The notes beneath the pieces were generated by a model. That model did no database searches. It was given only the letters and a program-made list of their open reading frames with translations, and had not been told where the DNA came from. DNA of 64,000 bases from assembly GCA_038523235.1 (NCBI GenBank), contig JBCBJQ010000001.1, forward strand, positions 128,001 through 192,000, in the 5' to 3' direction. Both the position numbers and the translations under genes were made by a program. Below, one piece after another: positions 1-9,931 of this stretch. Every line of letters begins with the position of its first letter. The first letter of the stretch is position 1. Source of the DNA: Cyanobacteria bacterium J06626_4. Its GTDB lineage: Bacteria > Cyanobacteriota > Cyanobacteriia > Phormidesmidales > Phormidesmidaceae.

Positions 1-24
1 GGGCAGCCTGCGCCCGAAGTCAGG

Positions 25-858
25 TTAGGGCGGCGATTCCGACAAGGATTCGAGGTGGCACAAAAACTGAATTAGTTCTTCTTCTGATAGTTCGTGGCGC
101 GATCGCTTGTCGTAAGTTTTTTCTAAATAGTCGCGGCCCGTTTCCACCGACCAGCCCAAGCGACGCAGCTCAATATCGGTCTGAGCAATGACATCGGACA
201 GATTGATTGGGGCGGGCAAAACAGCCGGATCAATCGGTTCCGTAGGGGCATCGGGCAAACCAGCAGCGGCGACATCAGGTGCATTCGCAGGCGGCGACTC
301 GGTTTGAGGCATCGGTTGAGGCTCAGGCTGAGGCGCGATCGCGGCGGTGACGGTGACGGGGGCTTTCACCGTTGCAATAGATTCCGCCCCGTTCTTGGAT
401 GACGGCACGGGAGATCGCGGTTTCGCGACCGGCGGAGACGGCTTTGGGGTTGGTGCCTCTGCCACCGGAATGGCCGGGACGGCGGGGAGATTGGGGGCAC
501 TAATTATGGGCTGAATTGGACGGGAAGCTATGCTCGCCTCAGATATTGCCATCTCGTCGATGTCTTTGGGGGCCGCAGTTACAGGCAGCAACGGGGCCAC
601 CTCGGGCAACGGGGCAGTCGGTTCAACAGTGCTAGCAGGGCTGCCCTGCTCCCAGCCAAGCGCCTGCAGGGCACGGGCACGAGCCCGGTCTTCAGCAACT
701 TCAATATCGGCATGTGAGGATAGGCCAGTGGCGCGGCCCAACTCTGGGGCTTCGACAGTGACCTGCACCACAAACTGCTCGTTGTGCATCTGCAAAACGT
801 CACTACAAATGGATGCAGTTGGGTGGCGATCGCGAAATTCTTTGAGAGACTCAGCCAT
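25..858 (-). CDS. Conserved cyanobacterial hypothetical protein: globular N-domain, Pro/Ala-rich linker, small helical C-domain
   Basis: ORF of about 277 aa. N-domain ends ATGLSS..IEVAEDRARARALQALG and C-domain reads IAQTDIELRRLGWS..GRDYLEKTYDKRSRHELSEEEL. Confidence 0.75.
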   Translation of the reverse strand: MAESLKEFRDRHPTASICSDVLQMHNEQFVVQVTVEAPELGRATGLSSHADIEVAEDRARARALQALGWEQGSPASTVEPTAPLPEVAPLLPVTAAPKDIDEMAISEASIASRPIQPIISAPNLPAVPAIPVAEAPTPKPSPPVAKPRSPVPSSKNGAESIATVKAPVTVTAAIAPQPEPQPMPQTESPPANAPDVAAAGLPDAPTEPIDPAVLPAPINLSDVIAQTDIELRRLGWSVETGRDYLEKTYDKRSRHELSEEELIQFLCHLESLSESPP

Positions 859-1028
859 ACCCACCTTCGACGTCTCGCCCCTCGAAGTGATTCTCCGGGT
901 AATCGACGCCCCAATTGATTGTTTAGACGTGCAAAAGCGCTCTACAGATTTTACTGCGTCCGTGAGACTTCACGACCGGCCAGCATCCAGAGAGTTAAAG
1001 GGATTGATAAAGCTGCTAAAAAGCTGGC

Positions 1029-1370
1029 CTAACCGGCCTGCGGATGGCGCGGATTAGTCACCACCAGATTGAACTGCCAGCCTGGCAGAGAATTGACCTT
1101 CTCGGTCAGTCGGCGCAAATCTGCCGACCCGTTCAGCGTCAGATTTTCTCGTGATCGCACGTCAGCCACGACGGTATCGGCTTCGCCTCTGGCAATCAAA
1201 CCCAGGGTACAGCCCTGCAAAACCTCAGGCAGCGCTTCATCCTGCGGATAAAGCAGCACCTCATAGCCCGCGCGATCGTATTCACGAGCGAGGCGCAACA
1301 GACGCCGATGTTCTAAGGGAGTTTTAACAGGTCGACTCTTCATGACGACAGGATTGCTCTTAGTTGACAC
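1029..1370 (-). CDS. Small restriction-endonuclease-like fold protein (REase_AHJR-like), motif apparently degenerate
   Basis: Pattern LAREYDRAGYEV...LIARGEADTVVADVRS...LTEKVNSLPGWQFNLVV. Its GTG start overlaps the upstream stop; an alternative ATG is at 1343. Confidence 0.55.
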   Translation of the reverse strand: MSTKSNPVVMKSRPVKTPLEHRRLLRLAREYDRAGYEVLLYPQDEALPEVLQGCTLGLIARGEADTVVADVRSRENLTLNGSADLRRLTEKVNSLPGWQFNLVVTNPRHPQAG

Positions 1371-1779
1371 TTTCAGGATTTCGTAGGAGGTCTACCTTAA
1401 CATGCAAAAACTCTTCGCCTTTGCAAAACCCCTCGGCTAGGGCGATCGACATGCCCTTGACACGAAAGGAACCGTTGAGGTTGCGCCGACGATTATCGAG
1501 CTCAGCGATTTGATAATCGTCCTGATAAATGACCCCGTTGAGAGCGTCCAACACGGGTTTGATGATCCGCTCGCTGTCTAAATCTTGACCTACATTGCCC
1601 GGAAGCGCATCGTAAAAATGGGTGATCTTTACGTAAAGTTTATCTGCCAACGGCAAACGATCGCCCCAGAAATGCTGAGCCGTTATTCGCACGTGCTCTC
1701 GCCAAGCCTTAAGCGCCTTTTTATCCTTCGCTCGGTGAGGTACCGGTTTACCAATAATGATGAAATCGAAAGGCAGCAC
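1360..1779 (-). CDS. RusA-family crossover junction endodeoxyribonuclease-like protein
   Basis: Motifs FIIIGKPVP and IIKPVLDALNGVIYQDDYQI. GTG start chosen at 1779. Confidence 0.75.
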   Translation of the reverse strand: MLPFDFIIIGKPVPHRAKDKKALKAWREHVRITAQHFWGDRLPLADKLYVKITHFYDALPGNVGQDLDSERIIKPVLDALNGVIYQDDYQIAELDNRRRNLNGSFRVKGMSIALAEGFCKGEEFLHVKVDLLRNPESVN

Positions 1780-1971
1780 GAGCCGAGTCCTGATGGTCGT
1801 TACCAATAGTGCAAGCGTGGATCTTCCCTGACACCTCCCACCCATCCAAACCTCAGATGCACGAGAGCCGGTTTCTGTCAAGCCTTTTCTCAATCATAGT
1901 TTAGAAAAGGGCGATCGTGGGGGTGATCAAAGGCACCATCAGTCGTTTCAGGCGCTGTATAAAATAAACCG

Positions 1972-2769
1972 TCAGGCGGCCACCTTACTCGGCGCTAAGG
2001 TCAACACTTCAACGCCGTCTTCTGTGACCGCGATGGTGTGCTCAAACTGGGCCGAGAGTTTGCGATCAGCCGTCAGCGCTGTCCAGCCGTCAGCCAAAAC
2101 CTCGACTTCGTATGTGCCGATGTTAATCATCGGCTCGATGGTAAACACCATGCCCTTGCGAAACTTTTTACCCTTGCCCGCCACGCCATAGTGAGGAATC
2201 TGAGGCGCGGTGTGGAAGATGCGATGCACGCCGTGACCGACAAAATCCCGCACCACCGAGAACCCTTCGCCCTCGGCATAGGCTTGAATCGCTGCCCCAA
2301 TGTCACCGACACGAGCACCGGGCTTGACGGCTTGAATGCCCCGCCACATGCATTCTTCTGTGACTTCAACCAGCTTCTGCGCGAGCGGAGACGGGGTGCC
2401 CACCATAAACGTGCGTGAGGTGTCGCCGTGGTAACCATCGACAACCGGCGTGACATCAACGTTGATGATGTCGCCATCACGCAGTATCTGATCAGCACTA
2501 GGAATGCCGTGGCAGACGACTTCGTTGACACTGGTGCAGAGGGATTTAGGAAAAGGGTCAACAGCGCCGGGATACCCTAAAGGGGCACTTTTCGCGCCGT
2601 GTTCTTGGGTCCAAGCCTCGGCAGCGTCATTGATTTCTAACGTGCTGACACCGGGCTTGATTAGCGGCTCTAGATAATCTAAAAGTCGAGCGGCAAGGCT
2701 GCCCGCCTGACGCATTTTGTCTAGTTCTCGACGCGATAGCAGCGTGATGACCTCTTGCTGTTCCACCAT
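1972..2769 (-). CDS. map: Type I methionyl aminopeptidase
   Basis: Motifs SVNEVVCHGIP, GDIINVDVT, GHGVH, FTIEPMIN and SAQFEHT. Confidence 0.97.
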   Translation of the reverse strand: MVEQQEVITLLSRRELDKMRQAGSLAARLLDYLEPLIKPGVSTLEINDAAEAWTQEHGAKSAPLGYPGAVDPFPKSLCTSVNEVVCHGIPSADQILRDGDIINVDVTPVVDGYHGDTSRTFMVGTPSPLAQKLVEVTEECMWRGIQAVKPGARVGDIGAAIQAYAEGEGFSVVRDFVGHGVHRIFHTAPQIPHYGVAGKGKKFRKGMVFTIEPMINIGTYEVEVLADGWTALTADRKLSAQFEHTIAVTEDGVEVLTLAPSKVAA

Positions 2770-2903
2770 GCTTAAATTGGGATGTATTGATAACGAAACT
2801 GTTTACTACTGTAACGCTGCAGGGCAGCAAGCGGTAGCCCATCATCTTGACAGGCGAAGGGAATTAGCTACCCTACAGATAATCTAAGTCGGCTGCCGTT
2901 AAT

Positions 2904-3257
2904 ATGCATCTCTGGTTACTGTGCTGTGTTTTTCTGTTTTTAGCGTCACAGGGTTTTGAGTGGTTCTGTCATCAAGCTTGGTTTATGGCACCCGAGTTAG
3001 CCTTACCTTGGGTGGTGCTCGGTGGCATCGGGTTAGCGATCGCCTCAAATCGTGCCACCTTTGCGCCGCTCCTATCACCGCCGCGTCGCCCCGCCGCGTC
3101 GTCCGTCACGCCGTCAACCGCGAGTCGTCCTGCAGCCGGGCCGCCACCGCCCACCGCCCCCAAAGCGGTCGTCGCGCAGCCAACTGACCATCCCCCGAAA
3201 TCTCAATCGGTCTCATTCAAAATTTCGAGGAAACCCATTTCCTCAGAGTCTTCCTGA
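2904..3257 (+). CDS. Hypothetical membrane protein
   Basis: Two hydrophobic segments (LPWVVLGGIGLAIASN) and a Pro-rich tail. Divergent from map. Confidence 0.65.
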   Translation: MHLWLLCCVFLFLASQGFEWFCHQAWFMAPELALPWVVLGGIGLAIASNRATFAPLLSPPRRPAASSVTPSTASRPAAGPPPPTAPKAVVAQPTDHPPKSQSVSFKISRKPISSESS

Positions 3258-3340
3258 TGAGAGCTATCTTTGGAGTGATAGTGTGTTTGGGAAATCTCGG
3301 CAGCCAAGCCGAACTGTGACAGTGGGGCAGGAAACTAGGG

Positions 3341-4264
3341 ATGTTGTCGATTCGCAATTTGAGCAAAACCTATCGAGGACGACAAGCCCTACAGGATCTG
3401 AGCTTAGACATTTTGCCCGGTGAGGTATACGGGCTTCTCGGGCCCAATGGCGCGGGCAAAACGACGACTATCAACCTGATCTGCGGGCTGTTGACAGCGG
3501 ATCACGGCGACGTGCTGATCAACGGTCAACCAGCAGGCGACAAAACGAAGCCCTGGGTCGGGGTAATGCCCCAAGAAAATCTGCTGTATCGCACCCTCAC
3601 CTGCCGAGAGAACCTAGCATTTTTTGCCAAGATTTATGGCTTATCCCACAAGGTGCGATCGCAGCGCATTCGAGATTGTTTAGCAGCGGTCAATTTGCTT
3701 GATCGGGCTCAGACGCCAGTCGAAAAGCTCAGTGGCGGCATGCGGCGACGGCTAAGTTTGGCGATCGCGATCGTCCATTACCCGAAGCTGCTGATTTTAG
3801 ATGAACCCACCACTGGGCTCGATATTGAAGCTCGCCATGAAGTGTGGGAACTGATTCGGCTGCTCAGCGACGAACAGGGCATGACGATTTTGCTGACGAC
3901 GCATCTACTGGATGAGGCCGAGCGCCTGTGTAAGCGCATCGGTGTGATCAAACAGGGCCAACTCCTCAAGACCGGGACGCTGCCTGAACTGCGCCAGTGT
4001 GTGCCCGCCAGCGAAATTGTTACGGTGGAAACCCCTGATCCTCAAGGGGCGATCGCTCGCGCCTTAGCATGTGGCTTTACCCCCCGCCGCTATGGCAACG
4101 ACCTGTCGTTCTGGATTCCTCAGGAGTTTGATCTCAAAGAGCTGATTGCGCAATTTGAGGGCGTGACGCTTGACGCGATTTCTCGCAGTCCGGTCAAGTT
4201 AGAGCATATTTATTTAGAAATCACGCAGAACAAAGCCCTCTTGCAGCCCGACCCCTCCCCCTAA
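3341..4264 (+). CDS. ABC-2 type transporter ATP-binding protein
   Basis: Walker A GPNGAGKTT, signature LSGGM, Walker B LLILDEPT and H-loop TTH. Confidence 0.95.
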   Translation: MLSIRNLSKTYRGRQALQDLSLDILPGEVYGLLGPNGAGKTTTINLICGLLTADHGDVLINGQPAGDKTKPWVGVMPQENLLYRTLTCRENLAFFAKIYGLSHKVRSQRIRDCLAAVNLLDRAQTPVEKLSGGMRRRLSLAIAIVHYPKLLILDEPTTGLDIEARHEVWELIRLLSDEQGMTILLTTHLLDEAERLCKRIGVIKQGQLLKTGTLPELRQCVPASEIVTVETPDPQGAIARALACGFTPRRYGNDLSFWIPQEFDLKELIAQFEGVTLDAISRSPVKLEHIYLEITQNKALLQPDPSP

Positions 4265-4418
4265 AACCGTGAACTCTGCCGAGATATCATCCGCGCAAGG
4301 GGAAGGCAAAGCCTCTCTACCGGCATGGTCTTTTCGGCTTTGGAACTGTGCCTTGTGATGGGAAAAGGTTGATACTATCGCCCTCTGCGGCTATGACATT
4401 AATTTTTTGAGCAACTTT

Positions 4419-5198
4419 CTAAACGTACCGGGTCAAACTCACTCGGTAACGTTCTTTTTTAGTGACCATGATGTCGCCAATTTCTAACCGGCCCTTACCG
4501 CGAATCGCCACCAGATCTCCCGCCTTTAAGGGATGACTGGCCTGTTTCATCGGCTTCCAGTTCACCCGCACATCACCAGTGTTAATCAGGGTCACCATCT
4601 TGCTGCGCGACATGCCAAAACCCGCCGAGGCAACCGCATCTAGCCGCAGTGAGGCTTCCACCGTGGTCATTTCTTTTTTCTTTGGGGCGCGGATGCGCAG
4701 TTCGCTCCACTCAATTTGTCGGGTTTGCACCGGCACCGATCGCACCTGGTTCAGGCTGGTTTCCAAAAACTCCACCAGTTCTGGCACGACGATCGCCTGG
4801 GCACCGCGTTCACCCAAAACGATAATGTCACCGACCTTATCGCGCACGATGCCAGTGCCTAGCAGCGAGCCCAAAAAGTCTCGATGGGTGGCCGTGTCGA
4901 ACAAAAAATTGCCGGCAATCGAGAGTAACGTCAGGGGTATCTCCGTCGGCTCTAGCGGAATTTCGGTGCGGGCGATCGCGGCGCGCTGCCGCTCGGCTTG
5001 GGGATAACCACCCCAGACTGTGAGATGCACTTCAGTCAACCGCTGAAAGATTTCCTGCGCCTCGGCGAGCTCTGGCGGTGATAAGAAATCAGTCGTGATT
5101 ACTTCCCAAGTGCGAATCGCTTGCTCAGCCTGATCTAACACTCGCGTCAGCGCCGCGAGATTATCGACTGATTTCAACAGGGCTTCCTTGGGCAACAT
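4419..5198 (-). CDS. Photosystem II S4 domain protein (YlmH/Sll1252 family)
   Basis: Motifs TDFLSPPE, GGYPQAER, HRDFLGSLL and the S4 domain SLRLDAVASAGFGMSRSK...RGKGRL. Confidence 0.92.
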   Translation of the reverse strand: MLPKEALLKSVDNLAALTRVLDQAEQAIRTWEVITTDFLSPPELAEAQEIFQRLTEVHLTVWGGYPQAERQRAAIARTEIPLEPTEIPLTLLSIAGNFLFDTATHRDFLGSLLGTGIVRDKVGDIIVLGERGAQAIVVPELVEFLETSLNQVRSVPVQTRQIEWSELRIRAPKKKEMTTVEASLRLDAVASAGFGMSRSKMVTLINTGDVRVNWKPMKQASHPLKAGDLVAIRGKGRLEIGDIMVTKKERYRVSLTRYV

Positions 5199-5381
5199 CG
5201 CGGGAACAAATACCAACTTGCAACGGGTTTTTCTCCTCCTCATTGTGTCGCTAATTGCTCAGATTCAACATTTTCTTGCGGCGATCGGTCGCTTGGGCCA
5301 CCGAGGAGAGCGGTAATATGAGAACAGAGCCCATCAAGCTCTACCCCGGTTGACGCAAGTTGCAGCGAGAGGATGAGCCTC

Positions 5382-5837
5382 ATGAAACGTTTTCGATTTC
5401 GATCACTCCTAGGATTGTTGTTCGCGGTCGTTTTAGTGGGCCTTATGGGCTGCGGCGGTTCTAACGTTGCCGTGCCGACGACCTACTCCAGTGAGCAAAT
5501 CGCTCAGCTGGATATCTACACGCCGCGAGTGGCCGAACTGCGCGATCGTTTTCCTGAGTTGGAGGGGTATCTGCAAAGTAAAGACTGGGTCAATATCAGC
5601 GCTTTTATCCACGGGCCCATGGGGGAGCTGCGCGCCAATCTAGGTCGGGTGACGGCGCGGTTGCTGCCCGCCGATGCGGAGCAGGCCCAGTTTTATGCCG
5701 CCGAGATTGGCACCCATCTCGAAAAGCTTGATGCCGCGGCCGCCGAGTACAACCAAATTGAAGCGGCCAAGCAATATCGTGAGGCGCTAGACGACTTTGA
5801 TGCCTTTTTGGCGCTTGTGCCTGAGCCGTCGGTATAG
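5382..5837 (+). CDS. psbQ: Photosystem II extrinsic lipoprotein CyanoQ
   Basis: Lipobox LMGC and motif WVNISAFIHGPMGELR. Confidence 0.9.
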   Translation: MKRFRFRSLLGLLFAVVLVGLMGCGGSNVAVPTTYSSEQIAQLDIYTPRVAELRDRFPELEGYLQSKDWVNISAFIHGPMGELRANLGRVTARLLPADAEQAQFYAAEIGTHLEKLDAAAAEYNQIEAAKQYREALDDFDAFLALVPEPSV

Positions 5838-5845
5838 GTGCCATT

Positions 5846-6979
5846 GTGCGGATAGTGATCATTGGCTGTGGGGTCGTTGGGGCCGCGATCGCCTACGAAC
5901 TCAGCCAAAACCCTCAATACTCGATCACCGTATTAGAAAAAACTATCCCCGCTCAGGGGGCCACCGGCGCGGCCCTGGGCATTGCCATGGGCGTGATCAG
6001 CCACAAGGTCAAAGGCCGCAACTGGCGCCTACGAGAAACTAGTCTGAAACGGTATCGTTCGCTTTTGCCAGAACTGGCTGCGGTCACTGGTCAGCCCGTG
6101 CCTCACAATACCCAGGGCATTTTGAGCCTGTGTTTTGAGGCGGCTGATTTGCCTCGATGGCAGTCACTGCAGGTGATTCGTCAGGGCCAGGGCTGGCCCT
6201 TAGAGATTTGGCCCCCGGCTGAGGTGGCTACGGCCTGTCCCCACCTCAGGCTAGACACCGTGGTGGCAGGCATCTACTCGCCCCAAGATCTACAAATTGC
6301 GCCCAAGGCCCTGACCGAGGCGCTGATCGCGGGAGCGCAGCAGCGGGGCGTCACCTTGCAGGTGGCGTCGCCGGTCGTCGGGTTTGAGCGGCAAGGCGAT
6401 CGCCTTGAGGCCGTGCGAACTGAGTCGGCCCGTTACGAAGCGGATTGGGTGATCGTGACGGCGGGCTTGGGTAGCGCCGACCTGATGCAGCAGTTGCCGG
6501 ATCTGGGAAAACCGCTGCCGCTGGTGCCGGTGTTGGGCCAAGGCATTCGCGTGCGATCGCCCCAGCCCCTGGGCTTGGCCACCTTTCAACCGGTGATCAA
6601 TGGCGATGATGTGCATCTGGTGCCGTTGGGCGAGCGTGAATACGGCGTTGCCGCCACAGTAGAGTTTCCCGAGGATGGCAGCGTCATGCCACGGCCCCAG
6701 GAAGCGGCCTTGGCCACCCTGTGGCAGCAAGCGATCGCCTATTGTCCCCCTTTGCAAGGGTGTGAAATTTTGGAGACCTGGTATGGTCTGAGGCCGCGAC
6801 CGCAGGGACAACCAGCGCCCGTAATCAAACTACTAGCGGCAGGGTCAAATGTAATTTTAGCGACCGGTCATTATCGCAATGGTGTACTGTTGGCCCCGGC
6901 AACGGCCCAAGCCGTCGTCGATTTACTCACCGCCGAGTCCAGTCATGGCCAGGGCTCGTCATCGACGGCCTCTAGCTAG
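5846..6979 (+). CDS. FAD-dependent oxidoreductase (glycine oxidase/DAO family)
   Basis: Rossmann IIGCGVVG, GLRPRP and ATGHYRNGVLLAP. Confidence 0.9.
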   Translation: MRIVIIGCGVVGAAIAYELSQNPQYSITVLEKTIPAQGATGAALGIAMGVISHKVKGRNWRLRETSLKRYRSLLPELAAVTGQPVPHNTQGILSLCFEAADLPRWQSLQVIRQGQGWPLEIWPPAEVATACPHLRLDTVVAGIYSPQDLQIAPKALTEALIAGAQQRGVTLQVASPVVGFERQGDRLEAVRTESARYEADWVIVTAGLGSADLMQQLPDLGKPLPLVPVLGQGIRVRSPQPLGLATFQPVINGDDVHLVPLGEREYGVAATVEFPEDGSVMPRPQEAALATLWQQAIAYCPPLQGCEILETWYGLRPRPQGQPAPVIKLLAAGSNVILATGHYRNGVLLAPATAQAVVDLLTAESSHGQGSSSTASS

Positions 6980-7620
6980 CACCGATGGCGGCGCAAAAGG
7001 TCGATCACGGTCTGGTCATCGACCGCTTCAAAATTGACGTACCACTGACTAATCGAGCCCAGATTCGGTGGCGTCGTCAGACAAACGGTGTGCTCCACCA
7101 AGCCTTGTAGCATGGCCAGACTCTCGGCAGCGGCCACGGGCACCGCCACGGTGAGCTGAACGGGATGGTAGGGCCGCAACGCGACAATCACAGCCTGCAG
7201 CGTCGCCCCTGTGGCCAGCCCGTCATCCACGAGAATCACGGGCTGATGCTTCAAGGCAGGCGGCGGGTGACCCGCCCGATACAGGTGATCGCGACGATGC
7301 AGTTCTTGCGTTTCCGCCTGAATGATGGCGTCTACTTGTGCCGGGGTGATTTCAAGGCGGCGAATCAGCGTTTTGTTGAGAATTTGCGTATCGGGCAGCG
7401 CAATCGCGCCCATCGCGAGCTCTGGCTGCGTCGGCACACCCAGCTTACGCACTGGCCAAATATCTAAGGGCCACCCCAACGCCTGAGCAATCACCGCGCC
7501 GACCGGCACGCCCCCGCGGGGCAGCGCGATCACCCAGCCGGGGCCTGCCCCAGCCACTGCTGAGAGCCGATGAGCCAGCAATTCTCCGGCTTGGCGGCGA
7601 TCGTAGAAGGTTGAAATCAT
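6976..7620 (-). CDS. Phosphoribosyltransferase family protein
   Basis: LPRGGVPV and PRPP-binding VILVDDGLATGAT. Confidence 0.9.
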   Translation of the reverse strand: MISTFYDRRQAGELLAHRLSAVAGAGPGWVIALPRGGVPVGAVIAQALGWPLDIWPVRKLGVPTQPELAMGAIALPDTQILNKTLIRRLEITPAQVDAIIQAETQELHRRDHLYRAGHPPPALKHQPVILVDDGLATGATLQAVIVALRPYHPVQLTVAVPVAAAESLAMLQGLVEHTVCLTTPPNLGSISQWYVNFEAVDDQTVIDLLRRHRC

Positions 7621-7934
7621 GCACACCGCAAGGCGTTAAGTGCCGTCAGCCGTCAGCGGCTGGCAGGCCCACAGTCTAGCACTGCCGTTCAATGGCCCTG
7701 ACCAGCGGAAACTGACAGGGGGCACCAATCACCGCTGTGAACGTCGCACAGGCTAGAGCGTGTTTTTTTTGTATAGGACACGTTTTCTAGGGACTGTCAT
7801 CATAGAGGGCTAACGCCTCGTTGCCAGTCCTAGCGGCTGACAGAGGGTGGAGGACAAGCCTCACCCGCCAGCCTTTAGAAGCGAATTGATGATGCGCCTC
7901 AAAGTGGAAAAACGTGTCGATTCCAACTCGCGAA

Positions 7935-8285
7935 CTAAAAATCGCTGCCCACGCCGACCGAGGTCGACCCCATCGAATCAAAGACGGTGATACCCAGGGG
8001 CAGATCCAGCTCACCATTCTCGTCGACGATATCATCGAAAATGCCGATGTCTGATAGTCCAGACGAGTTGGATGAATTGGGAGCTTCAAAGGTATTGATT
8101 TCCTCAGCTGCCGATTGATAAAGGTTGGGATCAACCTCAACACTCATCCCGCGAGTCTCTAACGGGAGAAGCTGATTAGAAGCATCGCCAGGTTCTGCAG
8201 TATTGGCAGCAGCGGGCAACGCTACGACTAAGAAAGATAAGAGCGATGCCGCTGACAGTGCCTGGCCCAATCGTAAAATAGTCAT
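7935..8285 (-). CDS. Hypothetical secreted protein
   Basis: Signal peptide ending LPAAA, acidic mature part, C-terminal Phe and RBS-like GAGGTGA upstream. Confidence 0.65.
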   Translation of the reverse strand: MTILRLGQALSAASLLSFLVVALPAAANTAEPGDASNQLLPLETRGMSVEVDPNLYQSAAEEINTFEAPNSSNSSGLSDIGIFDDIVDENGELDLPLGITVFDSMGSTSVGVGSDF

Positions 8286-9034
8286 TTGCTCACCTCGTGA
8301 GAAGAAGAAAAGAACATGACCGCCATCCTCGTCATGGGAAGGCAGAGGGTGATTGCTAATTTAAGCTCTTTGACCCCTTGACCACACCTGTCTTAGGTAT
8401 AGCTGATAGCGCTTTTGCCTGATTCAATCGTTGTCAAATCTTCGAAAATCCATCAGCAACTTAGGATCGGGGTACCTGCCTCGCGACCTATCCTCAATAT
8501 CTTCTAAAAAACGTAGAACTGCGTAGGTGGTTGCACGGCTTCTTCACGGTGTAAAGTGCCATCGTCTACGACTTTCTACTGCCGGTTTATCCGTCACTGC
8601 ATCTGCCACCCCGATCTCGGGGCATACTGAGGACAGGTTATCAAAGTGTCGCCTGCGGGCAATTAAGACGTTTTCGCCTCGCAATTTTAGACTAGGCGAT
8701 CGCGCTTTTGAGCAGTATCGCCCGACCGATATCGTCCCTGGCGAAACCATTGATGACTATGCCGCGTCATGATCCGTAGAAACCCCTGACCAAAAGCATA
8801 ATTAACGACCTCAAAAAACTCAGTACTGAGCTGCTGATTCGGCGAACAGAATGAGTAACGAGGTGGCTCGACTGCTGACAACATTGAGCGTCAATAAAAG
8901 CGATATGGATGTTGATGCGATGCCTTTATCAAAGTGTGTCATGACGACAAAGTAAGGATGCTGAAGTCCGTGAAATCCAGGGTTAGAGTGCCGCTACCAG
9001 GTTGTTTTTGTCGAAAAGTGCGATCGCTGGAGTA

Positions 9035-9931
9035 ATGAGAAAAAAAGCTATTCAGTTCAAGGCCATTTGGTTAATCAGCGCCGTCTGCAGCTGGGGAGTC
9101 GCCACGATCGCGGCCCTGCCATCGTCAGCTTCACCGCTTGCGGAAGCTCAGCTGGTTCCCGTCGACTTAGCTCAAACCCGAATCAGTCCACCGGTGCCAC
9201 CGCTGCCCACCCCCTTGCCTGCGCCCCAAGCCCCCGCGATCGATGGCATTGTCGGTCTCTTACCTGAACCCACCGACGACATTGGTATCGGTCACCTCCG
9301 ACCGCGAGACCTCTCATTTTTAAACAGCCCCGATTGGGCTGACAGTCCCTATCTCACAGCTAACTGGCTGCAGGCAGCGGCAATTCCGATCTATATCGAG
9401 CCCAACGGCTCGCACTGGGGATGGATTGTGAATGGTTGGCTAGTGCCCAACGGTCAAACGCCCCTGGCCCTGGGTCGCGATGCCAGCTTTTCCATGCTGC
9501 AGACCTACTACGCCCTGTTTTCTTTTCCCGTCACTGAAATTCGTCAGGATGGCTGGTTTCAATTTCAATACACGCCCGTCGGCAACGCTTGGGCGCATAT
9601 CGACCATCTCAACCTGGGCAGCCTCGACCTAGCCGTCGAAACTTGGGAAAATCGATTTCTCGATATGGGCTGGGTGGAATATCGCCAGCACGGGCTATCG
9701 CAATCGCTGAACAGCGCCCCCAATGGCAATTCCGGCAATATTTTGGGGCTGATTGGCCCCAACAGCTTCATTGAGCCTCTGGCCTTCAACGGCGATTGGA
9801 TGCAGGTGCGCGTGACCCAGCCCGCCGAAGGCTGTACTGTTTTGCCAGGCGCGGCCACCCAAGAAGGCTGGATGCGGTGGCGCAATGATGACGACGGGTC
9901 GCTGGTGTGGTTTCCGCCTAAGGGCTGCTAA
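9035..9931 (+). CDS. Hypothetical secreted protein
   Basis: Signal-peptide-like N-terminus, Pro-rich linker and Trp-rich globular part. Confidence 0.75.
   Translation: MRKKAIQFKAIWLISAVCSWGVATIAALPSSASPLAEAQLVPVDLAQTRISPPVPPLPTPLPAPQAPAIDGIVGLLPEPTDDIGIGHLRPRDLSFLNSPDWADSPYLTANWLQAAAIPIYIEPNGSHWGWIVNGWLVPNGQTPLALGRDASFSMLQTYYALFSFPVTEIRQDGWFQFQYTPVGNAWAHIDHLNLGSLDLAVETWENRFLDMGWVEYRQHGLSQSLNSAPNGNSGNILGLIGPNSFIEPLAFNGDWMQVRVTQPAEGCTVLPGAATQEGWMRWRNDDDGSLVWFPPKGC

Noticed and set aside
25..1893. Prophage remnant suggested by the RusA-like gene
   Set aside because: No integrase, structural or att evidence, and HIP1 sites occur as in core DNA. The left flank is outside the window.
7788..7902. 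Possible degenerate MITE (TAGGGACTGTCATCA...TTGATGATGCGCCTCA)
   Set aside because: The inverted-repeat match is too weak to call from this window alone.
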